From the human T2T-CHM13v2.0 reference genome, Homo sapiens, in the NCBI RefSeq assembly GCF_009914755.1, contig NC_060938.1: DNA of 64,000 nt; one strand, written 5' to 3'. The position numbers and the translations under genes are program-made. Below are positions 39,310 through 53,627 of the stretch, in pieces; position 1 is the first letter of the stretch, and every line of letters starts with the position of its first letter. Below the pieces are notes generated by a model, which ran no database searches, was not told the origin of the DNA, and was given only the letters and a program-made list of their open reading frames with translations.

Positions 39310-39485
39310 TTTGCAGCAGTAGGAATCAGAACTTAGTTTTAACTACAGTCATATAAGCCATTTAAGTGTTTAATTCCTCTGAAATCAATTTCTTCATCTG
39401 TAACACAAAAATGATTCCATCAGCCTTACATATGTCCAGAGGTTATATGACAATCAAATAAAATGAAAATAAGTGAAAAATTTAT
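39310..39485 (+). mobile_element. MIR fragment
   Basis: cctctgaaatcaatttcttcatctgtaa core. Confidence 0.6.
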
Positions 39486-39639
39486 CAAAAATAGTAAGAG
39501 ATCAACAATGTAGAGGAATGTGTAGAGGAATATAAAATTCAAAGCCAATGAACTTCCCATATATGTCTTAAAATAGTTTTCTAGTTGTGGTGACAGGTTT
39601 GTAAAAACATAAGCAGCATTTTTCCCCTGTCAGCATATC

Positions 39640-40088
39640 CTTGGAATCCTCCCTACAGTAGATGACATTGCTACCCTGCCCTAGACCCTTCTGCCCTACC
39701 ACTGCAGTGATATCCACCTGCCAGGACTCACATTTAGTTTTTGCAGAGTTTATTCCAGCCATCTCAGCCCACTTTGTCATCTGCTCAGGAAGCCAGAATT
39801 CCGCATGCTCTGGGGAGAACTCTTAAACGTTAATTTTATACTGACTCTCAGAATTCCCCAGTGGAATTTGTCTGCATGTACTTAAAGGAGTAACTAGCAT
39901 GATAACAAACTCAGCTGCCTTGTTTCACTGTTTCACTGGCCTGGGATCTATAAGTGGTATTCTGGGATCATCTAAAATATAAAAAATAATTAATGATATA
40001 ATATTTTTAAAATAAAAGTCTGCTTTTACTGCCTTTTACTCAAATTTTTGCTTTAGGATCAGCTTCTGAGTTAATCCAAAACAAAACA
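39640..40088 (+). mobile_element. LTR16-family (ERVL) LTR, degraded
   Basis: cagaattccccagtggaatt motif and 3' end aggatcagcttctgag...ccaaaacaaaaca. Confidence 0.55.
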
Positions 40089-41548
40089 GAATTCCTCAAA
40101 AACAGAATATAAAAAGCATTCTTTCACATAATTTTTGACCCAACTAACATTAAAAGCAATCTAATTCTGTTTTTTCTGAATTTCAAATTCAGCATGGGCT
40201 CTTCTCAACCTATCACATAGAGTTCATATTCCAGAAACATGTCCTACATATTTTCTATGCTTCAGCCATAGTGAGTCACAAATATGCCATCCATTGGAAG
40301 TTGTTATGCTTCCATGTCTCTGCCTGTGCTAGTTTTCTAGAACCTGAAGTATCCCTCCCCGATTCAGTACTTAGGAAGTTCCCACTGATCATTGGAGATG
40401 AAGGTTAACTATCTTCCCTTCTGTGAAGCTTGCCCAGGCTTCCCTGACACAGTTGATTTTTCTGTCATTAGTTCAACTGAGATACCTAATACAGGCTCTT
40501 GAAAAAGAGCCCCCACCAACCTGAATTTTCAAAGATTACAATTCCAAAGAGTTCTTGTATGCATAGAGACTCATGATCATACCCTAATAAGCAAAGCTTT
40601 GATGAGATGAAGACATCAAATGGAGCCGGTTACAGTTAAGACCTGATGAGCCTAACCGTGCCAGGATCACAACACTAATGATCACATCAGTGCCTCAAAA
40701 GAAGTGACTGTTTTCATGACATGAGCTTAGGAAACACTTTCAAATAGCCAAAACAATGAACGATAAACTCAGTAATGCCAAAAGCCTTATGTTATTAGTT
40801 TTATTGCAATTACTATATTTCTTCACATTCAACATCTGCTTAGATCATGCAGTGCTTATGGGCATAATTTTTCTTTATCCCAAGACCCTAGGAAAGCATA
40901 CACACATAACATAAACTCAATAAATATATGTCAAGTGTGGAAAAAATGAAAATATTTTGGCTATTAGATTGAGAATAAACACCTTCAGATGTAATATGAG
41001 AGGTGTAAGCAGTCACTGGACTTGATGCTGGCCTAGAAGGAAGCCTCATCTGAGCCTTAAGAGGTTAAGAGATAGGAAGTGAAGCAGGGACTGCCTGTAT
41101 GTTCATAAATTTGCTCCTGGTTCCCTTACTGTTTAATGTGCATTTATTTCATAATTTCTTTAGTGAGTACATCTTTACAGAGTGTTCGGTATTTGCTACA
41201 CATTATGAATCTGCAGAGCAACTAACAAGAACAAGAAAACTTGCAACAATGTGAAGGAGGAATTTTGTTGTTATCATTGCTGTTTTCTAAAGGCTTTGCT
41301 GCCAGGTTTCCAGAAAATTTATTCTTAACCTCTGGTTCATAATTAGCTGCTCAAATTAGATGATCCAAGAAATTATGTGTGAGTTTCTCATTTCTCTGAA
41401 TGTAGAAACACTGAAATTAGTTCTTATTAAAGGCCTAAGAATTTATTCCTTGAATATCTTTAAAAATAGGAGAAACTCTCATCTTGCAGACATTTTAGAT
41501 TATCATAATTTATCTGGAATTAAGAAGATGAAGGATGCACAATCATTT

Positions 41549-42344
41549 TGAGAGACAGGACTAGCTGGATTTCCTAGGCCGACTATGAATCCCTAAGCCT
41601 AGCTGGGAAGATGACCACATCCACCTTTAAACACGGGGTTTGCAACTTAGCTCACACCTGACCAATCAGGGAGTAAAGAGAGCTCACTAAAATGCTAATT
41701 AGGCAAAAACAGGAGGTAAAGAAATAGCCAATCATCTATTGCCTGAGAGCACAGCAGGAGGGACAATGATCAGGATATAAACCCAGGCATTCGAGCCAGC
41801 AATGGCTACCCTCTTTGTGTCCCCTCCCTTTGTATGGGAGCTCTGTTTTCACTCTATTTCACTCTATTAAATCTTGCAACTGCACTCTTCTGGTCCGTGT
41901 TTGTTACGGCTCAAGCTGAGCTTTCGCTCACCATCCACCACTGTTGTTTGTTGCCGTGGCAGACCCACCGCTAACTCCCATCCCTCCAGATCCAGCAGGG
42001 TGTCCGCTGTGCTTCTGATCAAGCAAGGCGCCCATTGCCACTACCGATCGGGCTAAAGGCTTGCCATTGTTCCTGCACAGCTAAGTGCCTGGGTTCGTCC
42101 TAATCAAGCTGAACACTAGTCACTGGGTTCCACTATTCTATTCTGTGACCCACGGTTTCTAATAGAGCAGTAACACTCACCGCATGGCCCAAGATTCCAT
42201 TCCTTGGAATCCGTGGGGCCAAGAACCCCAGGTCAGAGAACAGGAGGCTTGCCACCATCTTGGAAGTGGCCCGACACCATCTTGGAAGTGGCCGCCACCA
42301 TCTTGGGAGCTCTGGGAGCAAGGACCCCCACCCCGCCGGTAACA
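41549..42344 (+). mobile_element. LTR17 (HERV-W) complete solo LTR
   Basis: tgagagacaggactagctggatttcctaggccgact start, ggtaaca end, 796 bp, perfect TSD ATTT. Confidence 0.96.
41660..41800 (+). promoter_or_regulatory. LTR17 U3 promoter elements
   Basis: CCAAT at 41662 and 41728, octamer-like ATGCTAAT near 41692, TATAAA 41776-41781; ATTAAA poly(A) signal downstream at 41866. Confidence 0.7.
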
Positions 42345-44779
42345 ATTTCTTAAATATGAGTCTTGAAAGGAAAGTTGAGACAATAAAGAATACCATTGGT
42401 GTAGACGTTTTCAGAGTTCAGCTGGCATACAGCAGCACACCCAGCACACTTCCTGTCTTTTACACTTTTGTTGGCATGTAACATACCAATGCCTTCAGGT
42501 TTTCAATTCAGCGTCGCAGTGCTTCCCAGCCTCTCTCCTTCTAGGGGGCTGTGAAAGCCCACGCAAGGGAGGTAAAGTCTATCAAAAACTGCCGTCATCC
42601 TTTTACAGGTCTAAATGTTGAGGAATATTTCTTCAAAAATCCTGTGTAGACCAATTGCCTCCTTCTAAACTTTTTACGAAGAGACCTCACCTGACTTAAA
42701 TTACCAGGTTGCATGAACCAATCTAACTAGAAATTATTATTTGCATTGGAAGTCCTGAGAAATTAAGTATGGAATTTATAGAATTTACTGTGAGGAATTC
42801 ATAATGACAGAGAGGAGAAAGAGGGATATTCCAAAAGTAACAAATGACTGAGCTTAGTAGCTCCACCATTTGTAACAGATCTCAGCTTTGCCTTTTCTTT
42901 CTATGCATCTACTTTAGTAAGGCTTCCATGCATAAAGAAATGTGTACAGTAGTTAGCTCTACCCTGACTGAAGAGCCCACGGTTTAATCTCAGCTGTGCA
43001 TTGATGGAGTATAATTTAGAGATTCAGAGAGATGTATGAAATGCATCTAAATTTAGAATCTGACACAATGGTGGTTGCTAGGAGCTCAAAAAAGAAATCA
43101 AGGAACAAAGGGAGCGGCTTTTGAAGTGGTTGAACTCATTTACAGAAGCAGAAAGACTGTGCCTTGTGATGTGGCCTCTGTACTGCCATAGACTATTAGG
43201 ATGAATGAATAAATGACTAGAGGGGTAGCTCAGCAAAAATGTCATAAGAGCTAGAATTCCAGGAGAAGCAGAAAGGTGACTTTCATGACGATGAGCTGAG
43301 ACTCAAGTATGAAAGTCACATGAACAATATGTGAATCCCATGTCTAATTTCCTGCCTGTTGAGTCCCCATTTGTCTCCTGGTTTCATATAATGATAAATG
43401 TAAGGTATTTCATTTGACCTTGTCCTTGTTTTAAAGCCATATGCACAATTACTTTAGTCGCTATCCATTTTCCTCTAATTCCGTTCTTCCTATATTGTTG
43501 CCAGACTCATTTTCTGCAATTTGCTTTGTTAAGCTGCTCTGTGCAAATATACAGATGGGGTGAAAAGAGGAGTTAGGAAGGAATAACAACAACAATAAAA
43601 AGCTTGGTTCAAATGGAAATCATCTTGACTGTGTAAAGTTATTTAATTACTTAGCTCTTTCTGTGGTAGTCCCCCTAATTCCTTTAGTCACTGAATTAGG
43701 CAGATAAAGATAGAATTCCAAGAATGTTGACAAATTTCAGCTGGAACCAGCAGCTGAGTCTTCACAGTGTTTTTGGCTATTATAATTTGGCTGTTGGCAC
43801 AGTACTTGTATATGAGATACTCAAAAACCTTTTATAATGATAGAGAGTTTACCGTGTAATAATCCCAGTGATGAAGTTAGAAAGAATACCCTGCACATTC
43901 CAAATAGGAGTGGCAGCATGGTTTCTGTATTCACTGATAATAATCTTCTGTTTGACTAGGATCAACTGAAACTATACAACAGATTCTCGGTTCACAGATT
44001 TCTAAGAATGTCTTTATTCAAAATAAGCAGATAAACCACCAGAGACTCTCACTCTCCTCCTTCCTCACAATCTGCTTCAAATTTACTTTAAAACTACATT
44101 TGTTTTCATACAGTCAGGAAAATTTCCTAATAAAATAATCTTACTGGTTTTCAGAAATCCAGCTTTCCACACTGGTTTACCTATTCTTGGCTACTCCAGG
44201 TCAAGTGGCTTGCTTTGAGAAAACAAAACATCAAATGGTTCCTTTCTGAGTATATGCACTGTGTACATGCCTGTATTCTCACACCTAGTGATAGGTAAAG
44301 AATATCAGCAGTAAGACTCAGTGTTTATAGGTACATGATGAACTTTGGCTCTGAATGAAGGCATCTCAGGCACCTTTAATTGTATACTTTGATAACCTTT
44401 CTGCTGGTCTTGGAATACAGAAAACTTTAGAGTTAAAAGTATAGTCTCTGGGCCACATTAAATTTTCATAACATTAAACATGAGACAGAAAGAATTTGCC
44501 TAGTGAAACCTAGGGAAAGAATAATGGAAGGCAGGGCCCAAAGATACCCAGAGACCAGGACAGATAAAATCCCAGAGGAACGTGCGTGCTTAAGAACAGG
44601 GCACCCATCAGGAAAATGTTGTGATGCCTCACGAAGAGCTCCTGAGTCCTATTTTTATAGAAAGAGCTAAAAACCTGGAATATCAAGCCATTTAAATGGA
44701 TTGAAATAACTTATCCCACGACTTCCATCATATCAAGCACACCTGTTGTGTTTGCTTGGTGGTTTTTCCTCAGCTCTTC

Positions 44780-45110
44780 TATCAGTCTTCTCCCATGTGC
44801 ATCCAGAATAGTGGGGTTCCCTGGGGTTCCTTACCCAGCACTGTCTCTGTTCACCGAGTAAGCTCCTTCCAGGTGAAGGCACCTATTTCCATAATTACAA
44901 CTACTACTATCCCTACCCTGAATTCACACCTCTCTTCTGAGGCCCCAGTACACAAAGGCCTCTCTATGGCTACACCAGTGCCCACAAATATGTCTAAAAA
45001 TGAAATATTCATCTGTCTTCACCACCAGAATTGCTCCTCCTCTCATAGTCATCATGCTTGATCATCTCTCCCTCATCATTAGTCCATTTTCTCCACATGT
45101 GGCCACTCTA
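44780..45110 (+). mobile_element. L2 fragment
   Basis: pyrimidine-rich L2 ORF2-end motifs (cacacctctcttctgaggcccca, atgtctaaaaatgaa); appears to continue at 46580. Confidence 0.5.
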
Positions 45111-45177
45111 CGGATCTATACATCTTATTTTGTTTATAGATATTTATTTATTGAACTCTACTGCACATTGGAAAATG

Positions 45178-46563
<1,386 letters not shown>

Positions 46564-46579
46564 TACTTATTAAATTCAC

Positions 46580-47240
46580 ACCCAATTAAGTTGCAGCCCA
46601 AACCCAATCAAGTTGAAGCCCAAAATTCTTCAATAGCTATCCATAGCCTTCAGGAAAAACAGTCCAAACTCCTCAGCATGGCATATATGACTATGATCTG
46701 TCCTCTGCCTCTCTTCCCAGTCTTGCCAAGCCATGTTGGTATTTTTATCCTGTGCTCCTACCACACTGAATCTTTTAGAGTTCCTGAAAGTGCTCTTCCC
46801 TCTCCCCACATATACAGGAAAGAGAATCTTACAGGTGAACATTAGAGTAATTTTGCTAAAATAGACTACTTTTCTTACCATTTCTACTGTTATACATGCA
46901 CCTCTCTCTGGCAAGCACATGATCTTTCCTGTCTTGACAGCACGTCCTTACAACTATAAGTCCCTACCTGTCACTTAGCTAACTTCACCTGCTACTCACT
47001 TTTTAAAACTCAACCCTGGAGTCACCTCCCCCGGTGGTGAGGTATAAGCAGCAGTCATCTTCTCACAGTGTCCTCTGCACACATGAAGTCTAGTACTTAT
47101 CATATTGCATTTCAGTTGTTGTTTTTGTGGGTCTTTCTTCCCAATAAATTATGACTGCTTTGAGTTTAGGGATTCTGTCTTATTCACATAAGCCAATGCC
47201 TGAGACATGAGATGAGCTTTAATACAAAGTTGTGTGGATG
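46580..47240 (+). mobile_element. L2 3' region
   Basis: gtccaaactcctcagcatggcat and cttcccaataaattatgactgctttgag motifs. Confidence 0.6.
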
Positions 47241-48739
47241 ATAAAGAGGATATATAAATTAACTGCAGTAATTCAGAACTTAGGCCAAAAAGTAATCAAT
47301 GAGGATCAGAAGCATAACTTACTGTGTTCAGAGACCATATACCATTTCAAATGACGACATCTACAAACTTATTTTACTACTTAAGACTCCCCAAACAAAC
47401 AAACAAACAAAACTGGTACTTATTATTTGAATCAGGTAGTGAATAATGTTTAAATATTTTTGGTAAAAGAAAACATGATTCTTAGGTCATACAATTTATA
47501 ATTTGGGAATTTGAAGGTAAAAATATGATTAAAAATATTTTCTAGTATACACAGCTTCTTAATGCAAATTTAAAAAAATATGCATGGCAATCATGTGATA
47601 TGAAACACATGTATTATTTGTAATGGCCATTTTAGAGATTAGATGATGAAGTTCTTAGAGATTACAAAGTCAGTCAGAAGTTCAGCAGCCAACAAATGGC
47701 AAAGCCCAACTGGAACGCAGGTTTTTCAAATCTATGTTGCAACTTAATGTTAAACTGATATTAGGGAAGATTTTATAATATGTACCTTCTAAAATTATGT
47801 ACTTGGGAAAAAAAGAGCCCCAACCATCTAATATGACTTAGGAGGAATATAGCCTATAGTAAGGCATTAATTTTTATTTTCAATTTTGCCACAAGCTTCA
47901 AAGTTCAGACTTCTGAACCACTTGAATTTTTAACGTATCAGCCTTGCTTCAAAGGCTTAAAATCTCTGAACTTTTTTGTGAGTCTGAAGCAAATGTAGTT
48001 TTTGTCTTGAGAATATTCATGTACTCCAGGCATTTTGTTATTCCCTGGCCTAGAAAATGCAACTATTATTACCTTTATCCTTTCGGCATAAAGTGAATTT
48101 TAGTTAATTCATTTCTAGGCCAGAGTTAAGAGTTTTACATTTATTTGTGATGTTGTTTTGTGCTGTGACCATGAAAAATTATGGTACTCTGGTTTGTGAT
48201 TAACTTTAAACTTCATGTTCTGGAAAGAGAGAGAGTGAGATTGATTTCAGAGGAGAACACCTACAGCCACTTGTCAGGTTCATAGGAAAGAAATCCCTGA
48301 AAAACAGGATAGGTTTAGTTATTTGATTTAAAGAAGAAATGTAAATTGAAAACACCAAAGGAAACAGAGTAATTAAATGACCTTCAATGATTCCCACTTG
48401 TTATAGAATCGTACATTTTGCCCAAACATTTTTAAAAATTTCCAATAAAATCAGTATGCCTAATGTCTATCAGCTTGAGGAAGTCATATGAGCAACAATA
48501 AAAATAGTAAAGTAAGGTCTCTGGCTTTGAATCACTTCCAGCAAACATTGCTTCAGCTGCTATCTTAAGGAGGCTGGAAATGCAGACACAGCATTCCAAA
48601 CTGGGGTGGGAGGGGGTCAAGATGGCCTCAACTCTGAGACTGGATTTGCCACACCCCAACATCACCGTGGAGCAGTGGCAGTGAGCTACTCATTACTATC
48701 AACAATTTCTTCTAAAGATCCAGAGGATAATCATCTGTT

Positions 48740-49680
48740 CAGGAACATTTGTTAAACAGGTATCACCTAATAATTACTATTTCAACACAAAGGCAACATC
48801 CCCGGCTTCAAGGGACTGACAATTTAGTGTTAGAGTCACATAAACAAACTACCAAAATACAATTTACTAAATGTTCAAACTGATGTTTGTACAAGGTGAT
48901 ATAGGAGCACAGGAAAAGTGACTCAAACTCAGCCTGGGGAAAATAGAGAATCTAGTAACAAAGTTGAAATTAATCCAAAAAGATGAGTAGAGGTTAGTGG
49001 GACAGTAATATCTTTTCTAAAATATGGACTGAGACAGAGCTTGGAGAGTTCTGGAAAATGAGATGCTTCAGTACACATACAGTATAGGATGAACAGAAGG
49101 GTATGTAGAAGATAATGCTGAAAAATTGGGAGGTGGCTAAAAATGCAGGGCATCGTATACCATGCTACCAAATTTATATTTTATCCTTAGTGCAACAGAT
49201 AGTCATTATTGTATTAAAACCAAGAGAGTGACTGACATGGTCAGATTCACACTTCTTACTGTACACTGTTGAGGCAGTATTAGGATAAATTTTAGAGGGG
49301 CAGAAAAGTGGGCTAACACAACTTTCCTAGTGAAAAAAGGTTGAGGATCTACTAATCAGTGATAAAGAGGAAAAGGTCTGGAACTACCTCTATTGCTTTC
49401 TAACATAAGCATTGACTAACTGGGAGTAAAATCATCAACACGGGGAATAAAGAATAAAAAACAGAAAATGAAGATGGGAATTTTGGCTTGGCACAAATTG
49501 TACTTAGGACCACTATGGCATATCTAAGTGGAAATATGCATGGACATTAAGAAACAATGACTTCTAACTCAAGAATAAAGTCTGGATCAAGGATATAAGT
49601 TTTGTAGTACAATCATAAAAGTGAGAGTTAAAATAATGAGTGTGAATAATATTGTTTAAAAAATATGTAAAATGAAAATA
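48740..49680 (-). mobile_element. L2 fragment
   Basis: aacatttgttaaaca 3' end at left; purine-rich L2 motifs such as gagagtgactgacatggtcagattc. Confidence 0.55.
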
Positions 49681-49744
49681 GATGTTTTAATGAATTTTTA
49701 CTTTATCCAGCTTATCACATTTTTACATGGATCATGCTTTTAGC

Positions 49745-51387
49745 TGATTCAGCTGAGAAATCTGCTAAAAGTCATATTAGGGGTCTGCTGAATATGATGT
49801 TTCTTTTCTTTGGCTGCTTTGAGTATTCTTTCTTTGTCTCTAATTTTTGGTAGTTTATAATGTGTCTTGGGGAATTCTATATTGGGTTAAATCTGATTGG
49901 TGATCTTTGAGCTTCTTATTCCTGAATGGTGCTATTTTTCTCCAGATTTGGAAATTTTTCTGCCACTATTTTTAAAAATATTCTTTTGAGGTATTTTTCT
50001 CACTTGTCTTTGGGAATTTCTGTTATGCAGAAGTTAGTTTACTTAATGGTGTCATATAATTGTCGTAAGCCAGCTTCAATCTTTTTTATTCTTTTTTTCT
50101 TTTTGCTCCTCTGATTGGCAAAATTCATATGTTCTATCTTCAAGGTTGTTAATTCTTTCCTCTGTTTGATCATGTCTTCTGTTGAAGTTTTCTAACTGGG
50201 TTTTCAATTCAGTCATTGTATTCCTTATTTCTTGAATATCTATTGTTTAAATTGCTTCTATTTCTTTGTTAAATTTCTAATTTTGTTGCTGGTTGGTTTT
50301 CCAAATTTCACTTATTTCTCTATCTGTATTTTCTTGTGATTTCCTGGACTTCTTTGAGATAATTATTCAAAAATCTCTGTCTGACATAGCTTAGATCTTC
50401 AATTCCTTGGGGTCCACTGCTGGAGCTTTGTTGGTATATTTTGGTGTTGTCATATTTCTGTGAGTTTTCATAGTCCTTGTGTCCTTACATTAATGCCTGC
50501 GCATTTGAGGAAACAGCCACTTTTTCTAGTTCTCACAAGCATTTTTTGGTAGTGTTAGACCTTTACTGCTTATTTTCAGAACTTAAATGCTAGCCCAGTG
50601 AACACTGGAAGTAAAATACTGTACTGGAATTAACACTCTACCATTGTTTCTTGGTCTGGGGAAAACTTATAGTGAGCCCCAGAAGTTAAACATGCCTTGG
50701 AGCTATATCGTTGCCCTGCCATTGTTTCCCAGTCTGGGGAAAACTAAAGCAGGCCATGGAACTTAAGTCCAAACTTTTAGTCATTGCTGAACAAGCGGAA
50801 GACTCTAGACAAGCACCTAAACTTTGTGGAAAATCTAGCCAGGGATTCAGGCCTTCCTATTAAATTGTGACACCTGTGGTACTATGGCACCAGTCATTCT
50901 CTTCAGTGTGGCATCCCCTCTGATTGGAGCACAGAGTAGTCACCAAGATCCATTCATCAGTCACTGACATTAGTACTTGCTTTTTGTCCCCAGTTCACCC
51001 AAGGTGGCTCAGCCCTCCTGGCACTCCCAACAATTTCTGTGGAATAGGACCAGAGTAGGCTTCCCAGGAAGATCCCAGACCAGTGGAGAGATTCAATATT
51101 CACTTCTAATTTTCCTCCTCTCACCTAAGAAACTGTGGAATCTAGGCAAATTCTCTGTGAGTGGTGTTATGCTGGCATGGGAGAGGAGTAACAGTCTAAG
51201 ATGAGCATTTCTCTTCCAAGTCACAATATCTCTTGATTCTTGGGGCTCATGGGATTTCTCCACTTCTCCCTCAAGTTCTGGTGAATTCAGGGTGGTATTC
51301 TTGTCTTTGGATAGTTTGTAGGTATATTTTTTTGTGGGGGAAGTGAGGCCAAGGAATCTTCTATTTTGCCACCTTGCTGCAGTCACC
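49745..51387 (-). mobile_element. old L1M 5' UTR and ORF1 region
   Basis: gctgagaaatctgct and ccagatttggaaatttttctgcc antisense ORF1 motifs; right end reads gcaaggtggcaaaatag on minus, like an L1 5' start. Confidence 0.7.
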
Positions 51388-51819
51388 TAATCCTATATTG
51401 ACATATACTATTGTAATCAATGGTGTAGCTTGTTTCAAATGTTAAATACAAAACATAGATCATGAACACATGCTCATGAGAATGACCATTCTCAGCTTCA
51501 AATGGTATTTCCATAAAAGAATTGGCATTATTCCTTTTAGATGCCATGAGCGTATATTCAAAGTAAAAACACAATTGACTAAAAACTACTTATTAAAGTT
51601 ATCTTTGTTGTTCCAATAAAGATGAATTATGTCTAGTTTCTGACAAATCATCTTTAATTTATAACCTGATCTATTTAAAAATATTTTACCTCATGTCTGA
51701 TTTTTATTGCCCTTAATATTCTGCCTTGTAATTCAACTACATATTCATACCTTTTGCCAATTTTTCTATTATTGCACTTGCTTTATCTTATTAGATTTTA
51801 AGAATTGAACCTGTACATT

Positions 51820-52679
51820 TTTAACCTTTATAATATTAAAAAGTTTAAACATTGTGTAGAGAACAGTATAATATATCCCATATTCTCACCACTTATTCTA
51901 AATATGGTCCATTTTTTATTATCTATATTTCCCTAGACACATTTATATCAAAACTACTCTCCCCATCACCTGTAAATTATTTTAAAGCAAATACAAGGAA
52001 TCATATTAATTTATTTATAAATATTTTAGCACATATCTCTAAAAGACAAAGGCTTCTTTTAATTTAAGCAAAACATTATTATCTCTAAAAATGACATTAA
52101 TTTGCTCTTCTTTTTCTAACTTCTTGAGGTATGCACTTTGTCAAATTGTATCAGGTTTTTTCTAACATTTATATTTAACACTGAAAATTTTACAATAAGA
52201 ATGTTTTAGCTGCATCCTGCAAGTTGGGATGTGTCATATTTTCATTATGCTCAGTTCAAAACATGACTAAAAGAGTCATGTCTTACACAATCCATTCTTT
52301 GGCCCAAGGATTATTTAGAAGTATATGCTTAATATCTTAATATATGGGGATTTTTTTTATAATTGATTTTAATGTCTAGCTAATTCCACTGTGGTCAGAA
52401 AACATAGTCTGTGTATTTGCCGTCTTTTGAAATTTTTAGAAACTTGCATTTCAGTGCTTTGAAATTTGTAAAAATGTCCCTCATTGCCTAGCATTTAAAC
52501 AATATGGTTAAATCAATATGAGTACATGCTCTAAAAGCACTTGGAAAAAACGTTTGTTCTGTAGTTGTTTGGAGCAGTGCTTTCTTGATACCAATTAGAT
52601 CGATAGTGTTATCATGTCATTCCAATCATCTATATCCTTACTGATTTTATCTTTTGCTTGTTGTATCAATTTCTCCAGT
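51820..52679 (-). mobile_element. ancient L1M fragments
   Basis: ctaacttcttgag, ttagctgcatcc, aattccactgtggtcaga antisense ORF2 motifs. Confidence 0.6.
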
Positions 52680-53625
52680 TGTGGTATATGCTATGATATG
52701 CCACTCAAATTGTTTTTTCAGAAACGAAAGACTTAGTACCATAGTTGCTGAGAGTGCAATAAGTAGACAGTTCCTAACTGTCAGCAGCCATACAGACCTT
52801 TGTGAAATGACCTACATACAATAACTGATCCACATGGGGATATAAAGACCTGGCTTCCTTGTCCCATCCTGGTAAAATTTCAAAGGATCACCTCATTTTC
52901 AGAATTCTCTTCAGAGTAAACCATGAATTCTGTAGATAATGCATTATATTGCAACTTTTTCTTCTAATCAATTTTGCTTCTTTCCCTGTTCACTACAGCT
53001 GCTGATGCCAGTGGCAATCCTTGAGGAATCTACTATATTGTCATCTCCAGTCAATATATGCTTCCAGAGAACCCATCTGGTGACTGTTAGTGCTAGAAAT
53101 AGTCTAAGACTGTAGCCACGGGGTTGGGATTTTAGACTAAGATCATCTGTCACCAGCTAAAAGGAGGACCGCCATCTTTGGTGTAGACAGTAGGTGAAGG
53201 ACAGATAGTATCTACTAGGTAGCAGTCCAGTTGTTAAACTTTCACAGGTATTGAACTGTAATGGAATCCCGGTAGAAGTGAATACTTTTGCTGACAGCAT
53301 AACATAGATCCATCCTTTGAGAAATAGGAAAGAAAATTTATAAAGATAATATAATTGGAATGTTACTATTAAACTCAATTGGAAAAAATATTTTACTAAG
53401 ACACTGAGAATAATTAATCAGCAATTTAAAAGCTAAGTTGGGAAAGAAAAAGGGGCTCATTGTTTGCATAGAGAGAGCTCTCATCTCCTGCAGTTTGGAG
53501 GGCAGAGAAAGCTGAGGCCTATCCCAGAACATAATTGTGAAGGTAGCCAAAATCCTAAGAAGATTAAATTCACAGCCAACGTTAAGTCTTCTATGTTAAG
53601 GTTGGGACCAAATAGGAAAATAATA
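52680..53625 (+). mobile_element. LTR16-family LTR (52680-53084) plus adjacent HERV16/ERV3-16A3-like internal start
   Basis: LTR end tgcttccagagaacccatctggtgac then gttagtgctagaaatagt...tgggattttagactaagatca internal motifs. Confidence 0.65.
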
Positions 53626-53627
53626 GA

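Noticed and set aside
40642-40680. Hammerhead ribozyme core CTGATGA
   Set aside because: No GAAA after a stem II and no stems I and III; the other CTGATGA hits I checked (3148, 9291, 17984) also fail.
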